From Botryllus schlosseri (Eukaryota): a stretch of 64,000 nucleotides of DNA. Below, in pieces: positions 48,850-59,879 of the stretch. Positions within the stretch are counted from its first letter, which is position 1, and each line of letters opens with the position of its first letter. The notes beneath the pieces are model-generated. The model did not search any database and was not told where the DNA came from. It saw nothing but the letters and a program-made list of their open reading frames with translations. A program made the position numbers and the translations under genes. The DNA is taken from assembly GCA_051294905.1 (NCBI GenBank), contig CM119378.1:8122001-8186000 (forward strand), written 5' to 3'.

Positions 48850-51460
48850 TTTGTTCTCATCACGAAGCCATATATTTGAGTTCAAGTTGGTAACGGTAGC
48901 AAGATGGTCCAATTCGAGACGAATAGATCGGGTTTACGTATCGAAAGTCCTATCCATCACCACGAAAGGATGTGAATATAAGATCAATCCTATATCCGAT
49001 CATAATTACTTCATGGTTGTAAAAATAGAAAGTAGAAAGCAACCTAGTCAACAAAAGTGTGTACACTGTACATTAGGGCTGTTCAAAATAAAAACTTTTC
49101 CTTCAAATTTCCCTGGCTGCTTGATAAAATTGTTAGGTTGGTTAAAAAAACGCTGCACACCAACTTTACCTCAATTCCAACCAGTAGAAGCTAGATTCGT
49201 GTAGTAGAAAGTTTTGAATAAAATTTCAAAATTTTTCGGTCAACTCTGTCCCGTCTGGGCTCTGAATGAAGTTAGCGTGCCACACAGTGAGTAGGCTGCT
49301 GATGGTAGCTCCGCGCTGCTTGATCCTATTCTCCCCGCCTAGGCACAGACTTGTTTAATAAACCAGATTTTGTCTGTATTTCAATTCAAGATCAGGAATA
49401 GTTGTAGCAAACTTGTCCCGTAAAGAAGATCTCTCTGTATCCTGACTGAAATCAATATGTCGTGTTGTGCCTTTTATGTGACTGTCTGTATTTGACCGGT
49501 ATTTGTATGTATGCTCGTTGTGGATTTTATTAAAACTAACACGATAATGAAAACATATTGTCATATTGCGATGTCTTACAACATAGGGGTTAGTATGTAT
49601 GCCAGAAAGCAACAACGATTCAGGTAGCGATACAACCGAAAAGCGGTTGTAAGCTGCAGTCAGGAGAGGATTAATGGACGGCAACAAAAGGGTTAACGAG
49701 GCTGCAGCTGAAGTGCGAAAATTGTATCCTTTGAAACATCATTTTGACATCGTATGCGCATGATACGCCGAGCGATCGCTTCCAATTTTGTTGACTGGGA
49801 AACCAATTGGGGCATAGGGACTTGAAGGAACAAGACGGCACATTTTCATAACGGAAACTTCAAAGCGACGATCGGAAATCTCTGCAATGAGTTCAGCCTT
49901 CGTAAATACGAATTCTACAGCCTAAGAGAGTGGTGGGATAACCTGAAACTTAAGATAAAACAAGCCTCAATAACCTACGGCATAACCGAAACAAAGAAAC
50001 GTTCCGACTACCAAATAAATAAAAAACATCAAGAACTAAAAAACCCGAACATAGCACCTGAGAAAAGTAAACAGATAATCAAGGAATTAAAAGAGATCGA
50101 AAAAGATAATATGAATTTTCATATGACACTCCACTATAGAGAGGAAATAAAACAGGGAGACAAAACCAGCCACACCTTCTACTCTAAACTGGAGAAGAGG
50201 AAAACCAACAAAGTTATCATGCAACAGCATAACACCAGAAGTGGGTTGAGAAACCAAAGAACAGTCGAAGATATTGGGCACCACGTGGGAACCTGCAATA
50301 GCCTTTAGGGACGAACCTTCTACGAACCGAAAGAAGAGAGACAGGAATTAATCGAATGTCTACCAGAGAGCCTCACTAAAGAAGAGGCAAATATACAGGA
50401 CGGTACGATCACGCTAGACTGGCTGCAGGAACTGCAACTTGTCGTTTCGTCGCAGCATAACAGCCGGTCACCAGGGCTAGATGGAATAACGACCGAATTC
50501 TGCAAGACCTTCTACTACTTGATCAATAACGACCTGCTTATCTATAACAATGCAATCGCATTTTCGGGAATCGCAAAATCCTGCGGTGATTCTGCGGTAA
50601 AGCTAATATACAAAAAAGGCGATCCGGAACACCTAGAGAATTGGAGACCGGTTTCACTTACTAATATAGATTACAAAATACTTACCAAAATTATCGCAAA
50701 TAGGATGAAGCAGGATATGCCGGGCGTAATCGGGCAGCCTGAAAATATTGAAATAATAGCAAGACAGAAACTAACCAAACAGAAAAAAGGAGGGTTGGAA
50801 ATACCGCATTTACAGGCAAAAACTAAAACATGTAAACTGGAAAATATTGGAATAACAGCGAAATTAAACGAATCAACAAAACTTTGGCACCACCACAAAC
50901 TATACCTATTACGACCGACTATCAGAAAACGGAACAGAAATCCTTTCACAAATAATATGCCACACAAAACTGATCTAATAAAAGAATGGAGAACATGATA
51001 GCAATCTATGAAGACCTGGAATGATAAATCGAAGAATGGAAAGAAGCAGCGCATAAAGAAATATACCTAGCTACGAAAAAACTCTACACCTAGCCTACAC
51101 CAAAGCTGCAATAGAGACAAATTGGCTGCAAATACACAATCCATAAAGCCTAAAAGATTTACGAAGTAGTAAAGAAAAAGTAACTAGCTACCGAATCGCA
51201 AATGACGGCTACCTCTTCGGAGCAAAGAGGAAGGAAAAATATATATTAAAGACAAGTACAGGTGACATAGCAATCACCGAGTGTAGACAATGCGGAAGCC
51301 AACTGGAAAGAGTGAAACTCATTGTATACGATTGCCCAACAGCGCAAAAGATATTCGAAAAGCCAAGTCGCATCACCGAAGGGGATCCAATTGAACTAAA
51401 AGAAGCTAATGTCATAAAGAACGAAGACACAGAAACCAAGAGATACCAAGCTAGAATAAT
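48850..51460 (+). pseudogene. Decayed Tx1/L1-clade LINE ORF2 (APE endonuclease end, partial RT, C-terminal Cys knuckle)
   Basis: SRRIDRVYVS...ISDHNY (48910-49010); WWDNLK; SPGLDGITTEF; LIYKKGDPEHLENWRPVSLTNIDYKILTKIIANRM; KGGLEIP; CRQCG...YDCP (51330-51360). Many stops and an internal RT deletion. Confidence 0.82.
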
Positions 51461-51468
51461 ACTCGCAG

Positions 51469-51720
51469 GTGGCGAGAGAGCGTAGTGGTATAATCCACTG
51501 CTGCAACACCAATGGGTTGCGGGTTCGAGTGCGACCGAGGCGCTGGAGGTTTATCTAGACTCCTCCTCGCCATCTCATCCGTACAAGTGGTGTCTTGTAA
51601 AAAGCCTATAGAACTGGGTCGTGCTACAAGTCGGGAGTTACGGAATATAAATGAAGATTACCGGCCTCGTGTAAATGACCATAGTAATAGTCGGCAAACA
51701 CAATGAATACCACAAAAAAA
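51469..51720 (+). mobile_element. tRNA-derived SINE copy
   Basis: Same head and body as 33506; short duplication ACTCGCA at 51461-51467 and 51722-51728. Confidence 0.8.
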
Positions 51721-52254
51721 GACTCGCAATATATAAACAGAAAATGATATAACATAGGAAAAAGTAGATCAAGAAAATCAGATGTCACAAAATAAAGAAG
51801 TAGTCAAAGAGATCTACAATCAAACATGTAGACCTCTAAAAAGTAGACTAGTACTAACAAATGAGCAAACAAATGAACTTGAACTTGCGTTGAACTCACC
51901 TTGAATACTTTACGTTTCCGCATCATCATAACCTTGAGAAACTTCAAGTTTTCGTACAAAAAAAAATGTGGAATAAAAAAAGAAATAAAACTATGAAAAC
52001 GCCATATCAACAAGTATGATATACGGAGAGCCGAAAAAATTTTAAATTTCGCTCATGCGCACCCTTGTTTATTGAAAAGATTTTTGGATATGGCAAACAA
52101 AACAACTTGCGTTGTGATCGCCGATCAAATATAATCAACAACAACAACCGGGCGAAACCACACAATTCGACGATAATTTATTTCTAAAACTGCGACGTTC
52201 GGTCGCACCCAAATGATTCAATGTTTAATCCATCACACACTCAATTTAGAAATT

Positions 52255-52724
52255 GAATAGTATATTCATATTGAAATAAACCCGAATATTTTCGGCTGAC
52301 ACTCGTCAGGGGAAATCGTCAGCAACTAGTAGAGAATTGGAAAGAACATTGTATATCAACAATCGTATCGCAAAATATGACGTCACCAGCATGAAAGAGA
52401 GAGCGTTCAATGTACTATTTTTATGTGGTACACGAACTCCTTTTGTTGGCAGAGTTTTGGTTGGTTTATTTTGATAGAAGTCGACTCCAAGGCACACAAA
52501 TGGAATTGTGAACGGCCCCGTCCAACGTACATTGAACGCTCTCTCTTTCATGCTGGTGACGTCATATTTTGTGATACGATTGTTGATATACAATGTTATT
52601 TCCAATTATCTACTAGTTGCTGACGATTACCCCTGACGAGTGTCAGCCGAAAATATTCGGGTTCATTTCAATATGAATATACTAATCAAATGTATATTGA
52701 AGTTCTGTACCTCAAAGAAGCTCT
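52255..52724. mobile_element. Penelope-like fold-back insertion with an intact hammerhead motif (52629-52662, +) and an inverted one (52280-52313, -)
   Basis: The inverted arm extends into the GIY-YIG ORF end (reverse complement reads LESTSIKINQPKLCQQKEFVYHIKIV); 14-bp direct repeat TCAATTTAGAAATT at 52241-52254 and 52725-52738. Confidence 0.85.
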
Positions 52725-53413
52725 TCAATTTAGAAATTAGAATTTGAACGACTGGTCGGAATGTCGGCACAATAGCGCGTCTAAAAGAATTTATCGTGTG
52801 ATAGCCATCGAAATATATCACCGATTTCAGTGTTTTTTACCAGCCAAATGATATCGCACATAAGAATGTATAGTAAGCTCGATACACCCTGTTGAAAAGT
52901 TTCTAGCCGATACAAAGCCTGGCACTACAAACAGCGGCGATGAGGTTGGGTGCATGGCAAAAACAATAACTAATTCCGGGGAATGCTATGCTCGAGACTT
53001 GAAAAACTAAATCGTGTTTCCATTTCAGACAAATTTACATTCAGCAAATCCGAATGAACGTTTTCGTTGCCAATATGGCAACGGTATGGATCCTATGGTG
53101 ATGGGCTTCAGGTGTTTCGGAGAGAATGGCGAGATTCCCTCGCAACCATGCGGATATCCGGAGCAGACGACCGGCAACAGATTCACGAAATCCGTAGATG
53201 TTACCCGATCACACAAGTCATCGGATAAGTATTTACGAATGAAACAAAACCTTTTCAAAGTTCGCAAGTTGCTCTATTCAATACAATGTTTATGTTTTAC
53301 GATCAGGCGAAGCCACTGACGTATCAGCCGGAATGTTGCCTTGTAATATACCATTGGAGTGGTCCTCAGTACAGTACACACGTTTTCAAGGAAGTTAGCA
53401 TAGGCGGAGAGGC

Positions 53414-54133
53414 ATGAACCGAAGAAACTGTAACGGCGAAACCTCCACGTTCAGGCAGAAACTGCGTCCTCGTCTGCCGTCGGGCACTAGATATCGAGAC
53501 GCGCGTCCTTACCAGAGAAGACAAAAAAACACCGAACATACTCCTCAAGCAGTGGACGCGTGTGCGGATAGTATAGCGATGATGCAAATTCAAAATCGGC
53601 GGGACCAGCTTCTCCGACAAGTTTCCTCCAGAGAAGTCATTCCTGTCTCCGTTGGCGAGAGCGACGCGATTGTGACGCGTCATGACGAAATGCCTCATTT
53701 CAAATGTGAAATCGCCCATTATAATGACGGACGGAAATGGACCAAAAAGGGCAGACGGGTGAAACTCGAGTTAACTTTGAAGCAAAATGTATATGTACGG
53801 GAAGTAGTATCCCATAATTTTCGCGAACAGCCATATCTGATGTTTGCCTTCGTAGAAGCCGATGACTGGTACTACGTTACGGTTAATGCGAGAAAAAGAC
53901 TGATCACCAAACGTGCTGATAAATTATCCGCTGCGGATTACACTGAAAAAAGTTATTTTTATCTAAGCATGGATTCTAAAGCAGGACACGGTGGATATAT
54001 TTTAAGTTCGCGAGCTTATAACGGCTTCGCCATCACTGTCAATCGACGAGATCGGCTAGAGCTCACTGATAACCCCTCGCAGTGGAACAAATGGGACATC
54101 CGAAAAAGTGATGTAACCGATATGCATACGTAA
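53414..54133 (+). CDS. Putative beta-trefoil cytokine-like protein (IL-1/IL-18/FGF-like), 239 aa; may extend 5' via an exon ending at 53228
   Basis: Longest non-transposon ORF outside the known genes. Three-fold strand pattern, IL-18-like Y.D...KG..V.L.L, IL-1-signature-like EKSYFY...LSSRAYNGFAITV, no signal peptide. Recognised by eye only. Confidence 0.58.
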   Translation: MNRRNCNGETSTFRQKLRPRLPSGTRYRDARPYQRRQKNTEHTPQAVDACADSIAMMQIQNRRDQLLRQVSSREVIPVSVGESDAIVTRHDEMPHFKCEIAHYNDGRKWTKKGRRVKLELTLKQNVYVREVVSHNFREQPYLMFAFVEADDWYYVTVNARKRLITKRADKLSAADYTEKSYFYLSMDSKAGHGGYILSSRAYNGFAITVNRRDRLELTDNPSQWNKWDIRKSDVTDMHT

Positions 54134-54764
54134 ATGTGATATTATTGCTTGGACAAATGTATTTCCTACGGCGGATTCAAGTAAGGTCTGTCTATGTAAG
54201 CCGCTCTGGGACATATTGCGAATATCCCTCGACAAGGCCCTTCGAAGTAGTTTTCGGGGTTGTCTTTGTAGAAATAGGAGCGTCAAACGAGCTGCTTATA
54301 TCGCCCCGCGACACAGCAATTTTATCACCGGCCGTGGTCTACATTTACAAATCCGACGCAAAACGTACGGTAGCCATGGCGCATGCTGAATTGCTGGTTA
54401 AAAGAGTTTTTCCAACAAATTGCCCTACCAGCCCAACCTTATTGATTGCTATTGCAAACATTGTTACACGTTCTCTGTACCATTTGGCCTTTTTGCATAC
54501 TATGATGTGTCGCATTTTTACAAGCTCATTAATTGGATCAGTTTCGAGTATTGTGACGGTTATATATAATTCCAATGATATTTGACGTATAGAATTATCA
54601 CTAACTCGTGCAAATGATTTCTCCTTATCGACAAAAGTTAAGGGGACCACGTGAACTGAATCTGGAAAATAAATTTGATTGGACTGTTTTTGGGTCTGAT
54701 TTTGTAACTTTTGCTTTTATTTTCTTTTGTTTCTTTTACCTTGCAACTACCAAGGAAATGTGTA

Positions 54765-55033
54765 GGGAGATAGCTGTGTGGGTTCGAGTCCGCATGAATG
54801 CGTTGTGGGTTCGAGTTCGACCGAGGTCGACTCGAGAATTCTTACCTAAGTGTTGGAGGTTTATCTAGGCTCCTCCTCGCCATCTCATCCGCGTAAGCGA
54901 TATCTTAAAAAGCCTTAGAGAAGTGGGTCGTACTACAAGTCGGCAGCTACGGAATCAAAAACTAAGAAATATCGGCCTAGTGTAAATTACCATTGTAGTC
55001 GACAAACACCATGAATACCACAAACAAACAAAC
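54765..55033 (+). mobile_element. tRNA-derived SINE copy with a rearranged head (two B boxes)
   Basis: GGTTCGAGTCC at about 54781 and GGTTCGAGTTC at about 54808, followed by the family body and (CAAA)n tail. Confidence 0.8.
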
Positions 55034-57435
55034 CAGGGAATTGTAAAACACCCATCAAACTCAAACGTAGTTCTAGTTTCATTTACAAGTTCCCTTCAGT
55101 TCGGTTTATATTAGCAATTTTTATAAGTTCAATACACCACAAAAATTCGATGCAATGAAAAGATCAGAAGGTGTCGAAACAACATAGAGTACAGTATTTG
55201 GAATCAGACACCCACCTTATCCTAGGCGATGTAAAGAGGAGGCATGTACACTGAATGAATAGTAAAAGAAGATAGTATAATAAAAAGCAAGGGTCAAAAA
55301 ATGCCGGCAAGAAAATGTCCTCCTTTTGGGTACTGAAAATATGGTAGACATAATATCAGCTATCAGATACCAGTTGCTTGCATGACCTTTGACCACGACC
55401 AGTCTAGACTATCTCAACGGTACTATCTCTGAAAATGCAGTAACCCACATTATCAACTCACAACTGCATATGTGGGGGGAGTGGCGACGGCTGGGCTACT
55501 GTGTAAAGCTGAGTTGCACTATTACTGAACATCGCTCCTATTTAATCGAAGACCTGCATTAGGAGGCTGTCATAGTTATGACTAATGTGACTCAGTGAGC
55601 TGCACCCTTCGGCGTTTGCGGTTAGCACGAGAGGATAACAGGGAAAGGTCATAGCAGTTGAAGCTCGATTTATGTCAATCAACAATGACCTACCTCTAAA
55701 TGTCACTGCCGTCACTCGCCTGTTAACGAGCGGTGCTGTTCGCCAATTAAGAGGAAGTGCGATTAGTTCGGTTGCCGTGCTACAGTATTAGCATTGAAGA
55801 CGTCGGTTCTAAAAATCAGTAACAGTCCATAATTATGTGAAATTATGTGATGCCTCGCAAAAAACAAGCTTTCTTGACAAAATCTGATATTAAGTCATGA
55901 AATATCGGCCAAGGATATAGTCGTTAACAAAATGATAGGCGCTGGTTTGCTCGTCCATTATAACGCATCTTATAAGTAGGGATGAGCACAATGCTTCGAG
56001 TACTCGAATCCGAATCGAGCATCAATTGTAAAGAATCGAGTCGATTGGCGAGGGACGATTCACTGAAATTACACGTCTCCCGCAAAGCTGCTATGGTTAT
56101 TTTATCAGAGAGAATCATAGTTCCGATACTTTTTTCTTGCCGTGGAAGCCTCGAAACCATCCCTGCATTCCGAACCTGTAGCGCAAGTCCGCCCGTGTTG
56201 ACGGAAGCTACATTTTAGTGATTAAGCAGTAACATTGTCGGCCGGCGAAAGTCTCCAGAAACGTATCAAAAATATTGATAAAATGTGTACTAAAAATCAA
56301 ATTACTGCAAGGACTTGATTAAACTTTTTCCTGATACATTTCACCAAAGTTACATTCTTGCTACACTATTTTTATGTCATTGCCGGCGCGATAGCCCGAC
56401 ATCAAGGCCTACAAATTTTGAAAGGTTTCAATTGTTTCAACTGCTAAGCATCACGGACAGTCAAAACGGGAATGACGTAATTCGGATCACGAGTGAGATT
56501 TTAGATTGGTCACTCCAGCAAGTTCATTACTATTAATGCTGTACTTAGAAAAACTAATTCGCGTGTGTGTTAGGTAGTTTCGTTTTCTGTCTAGTGTAGA
56601 AGTATTTATATTTATATTATATATACATTTTACAAGCGTATTCGAAGCAAACATTCGGGCTATGATGCAATCAGCTTTGTGTTTCCTGGACGCTTGACTT
56701 GAACCAAAAGTAGAATCAGCAAATCTACGAACATATCGCTGTTCTCAGATTCAAATGTCCGCCCTGTTTTAAGATTCGGAACCACTTATACTTTAATCTT
56801 TATTTTTGACAAATTGGTTACTGAGGTCGACCAGCTTATAAAATCTCGATAATGTGTCTGACGCGTGAACGTTGTCATCAAATCAATGTTGGGTGTGTTT
56901 TAAATATACAAATATATTATATCCATGTACTCACTATATAATCAAATACCAATATTGCGTTTTGGTTTATAATCCCAATTTTATATAGTACAGCCCGCGA
57001 ATGGATTTAAATGTTGATTGCGACCCGCGAGCTAAAAAGTTTGCCCACCCCTGTCATAAAACCTTTTTGAAACAGACATGGTTAAAAATACCAAATAACG
57101 TTGCAGTGTAACTGATTTTATTTCATTTACGTTCCTATGAAAGTTACATCTTGAACTATCCATGTCATCTATGCTATTATGACGTCATCGATAGTGGTAC
57201 CCGAAGACTATATTCAACTCGAAGTCTAATACTCGATTCACCCAGGCACACGTTTTTGACCTGCCCTACTTAGAACTATGGCTGGGCAGAATCGATTACC
57301 TGAGTGATTCGATCCTGAATCGGATAGTATGCTTCTGGTCGAGTATCCGAGTATCACACGCTATCACGTCATGACAGTATGGTAGATGTGGAAAGCTGAA
57401 ATATGTACCTTTTCTGCTGCCACTAACAATATAAT

Positions 57436-57733
57436 GGTTGCCCGACATATGAGCATGCGACACAATGGAAAACGACAGTTCAGCATGGAACACATCAGCA
57501 TGCGTCACTTCAGCATGTGACTGTATAACCCAAAAACTTACCCTAACCCGAAACATAGCCTAACCTAACCTAACCTAACCTAACCTAAACCCTAACCCTA
57601 ACCCAACCATAAACCTAACCTAACCTACCCCTAATCCGTAATTTAACCCACATGCTCATGTGTCGCATGCCAAATTGTCGCATGCCGAAGCGTCGCATGC
57701 TGTAATGTCGCATGCTCATATGTCCACGGACCC
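57436..57733. mobile_element. GG...CC-ended MITE (Merlin-like) with GCATGCGAC subterminal repeats and a (CCTAA)n/(CCCTAA)n core
   Basis: Inverted ends sharing GACATATGAGCATGCGAC; 8-bp TSD AATATAAT at 57428-57435 and 57734-57741; inserted in a TAGGGCTGGGCA-family MITE. Confidence 0.78.
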
Positions 57734-57994
57734 AATATAATGCCAGTTCTACATCATAATAAACATAATTCGCTATTGCATCGACTATGTCTATTTCATT
57801 GCTGTGGGCATGATCACGAGTTCACAGATATGTCATTTTCACCAACGCGCGTAACTTTGCACTACAAGCTTCGTGTGCTGTGATATGACCAGACCAGACG
57901 AGGTTTCAAAGTTTCTACAGTGGCAAATAATATCGTATCTATCATTGTCGTTGATGTAATAACTACCAAATATAGCGGTAACGAGCGTATGACT

Positions 57995-58148
57995 CCTCGC
58001 CACCTCATCCGCGTCAGCGGTGTCTTACAAAAAGCCTAGAGGTGGGCCGTGCCATAAGTCAGCAGTTACGGAAAATAATGAAGAATATCGGCCTGGTGTA
58101 AATGACCATAGTAGTCGAGAAACACCATGAATACCACAAAAACAAACA
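57995..58148 (+). mobile_element. 5'-truncated SINE copy
   Basis: Family body and tail without the tRNA head; 15-bp TSD AACGAGCGTATGACT at 57980-57994 and 58149-58163. Confidence 0.85.
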
Positions 58149-58964
58149 AACGAGCGTATGACTTCATTACTCAAAATATTCGTCTTTTATTATTCGAATC
58201 GAATCATTGGAATGAATACTCGATACTCGATACCAGTGGCGTGCGGTGAGGTTCATGGCTGGTGAGGCACGGACAGTGGACACCCCCCCCACACACACAC
58301 ACACACACGTAAAGTAGCCTACCTGATAAATAGATCCAAAATGTGAATAACAACAGCAGCGGGTATAGAGAGCATTTTCTTTGCACACTGATAGCCGTTG
58401 CAATTCCACAATATACAATACATGTAGGACTGGTCGCTATTGTGCTAAATGGGCAAGTTTAGACCGATAATAATTAATATATCTTGAAGTACCGGTATAA
58501 ATTATTCGAAGCCTAAAGCAACGACAATGCAGCCTATGCAAGTAGCTATCACATACCACAATTTAACGGAAAATAAATAACAGCTACATAGTAGGGCAGG
58601 GGCGGGCAACATACGGCCCGCGGACAGTTTTCCGTCTTACATGATAATGTGGCCCGCAGCCCCAGTCTGCCGAGATTCCCAACTACTTGCTTACTACGTC
58701 AAATTTTAGTGAATGTATGTTATTTTATACGTATAACCGAAGCGTGCGAGAGTGGAGCTTACGCGTAACTTCGTCGAAGCGAGAAGACTTGCATTATCGG
58801 CATTTACGATTGTACTCAATCCTAATGTCGTTTGTGGTAATCATGATGGTGTTTGTCGATTACAATGATCATTTATACCAGGCTGATATATCTGATTTTT
58901 GTATTCGTAACCGCCGACTTGTAGCACGGCACACTTCTAGGCTTCCGTAAGACACCGCTTACGT

Positions 58965-59398
58965 TAGGGATCGCCAACTCAAAACGGGTCGCGTGTCACT
59001 TTTCAAATTCCGTGGAGGACGCTGGCCGCATGAATTCAATATCGAGATTAATTAGACAACACAGTTGAACAACGACGCTATCTCTTCACCTACTCAACCC
59101 TAACAAATTGATATCTGGGTAAATTTGGGGTACCGGGCTCATCGAACGCCCTGAAATCCTAAAATTAGGGATTGCACCGTGTGTTAATTGATCAGCTGGA
59201 AGCAGACATGACGGCGCCTGTATTACAAAATGCTATTCTCAAATCCACATTGTCTTCGTCATAATCGGCGAGAAATGGCTTTGAAGTGACATTGCTGTCG
59301 TTGAAATACATTCATTAAATTCGATTTATTCCTTGTATACGCCAAGTACTTAATTTTCCTATATCCGGCCCACCGACAGGAGAAGTTGCCCGCCCCTG
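58965..59398. mobile_element. hAT-type MITE (CAGGGGCGGGCAAC / GTTGG(C/T)GACCCC family); inverted copy at 61107-61584
   Basis: The two segments are diverged reverse complements over their whole length, and one end matches 23140-23228. Confidence 0.8.
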
Positions 59399-59688
59399 TA
59401 GTAGGGGAATGTATTTGCTCTGCATTACGTATTGGCCGTCGCTACTATATAATTCCTACAAGACAGTCAAGAGTCAACTCAAGACTGTTGTATTCCGAAA
59501 TCGATAGCGCGTTTCACTGTGTTGCGATTGTCCAATTGTTAGCGAATAATGCACGAGGCAAATTCGTTTGTGCCTCACCTGGCCATTGTTTCTCTGCGAT
59601 GGCGTTGTTTGTAATAAAGCCGAATGTCACCTTCCTTGGCGATTTTGAGGGGGTTTTGGTGGTCTGACAATGTTAATATTTGGATTTT

Positions 59689-59879
59689 CGGAATCAGTGT
59701 GACGATAGCATTTGATTTATACCAGTTGCTATAAATTCCGAGCTATTTATTATGAATTGCATTGTCGCAGGTGAGGCACGGGCGGGTCGTGCCTCACCTG
59801 CGACAATGCAATTCATAATAAATAGCTCGGAATTTATAGCAACTGGTATAAATCAAATGCTATCGTCACACTGATTCCG
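59689..59879. repeat. Perfect 92-bp-arm inverted repeat with a 7-nt loop
   Basis: 59689-59780 is the reverse complement of 59788-59879; loop GGCGGGT. Confidence 0.9.

Noticed and set aside
54136-54650. Overlapping ORFs 54136-54585 (+) and 54345-54650 (-)
   Set aside because: No family signal; they lie immediately after the stop of the IL-1-like ORF and are most simply its 3' UTR.
57540-57630. Chromosome end or telomere fusion scar
   Set aside because: The tract is short, has mixed units and is enclosed in an element with a TSD.
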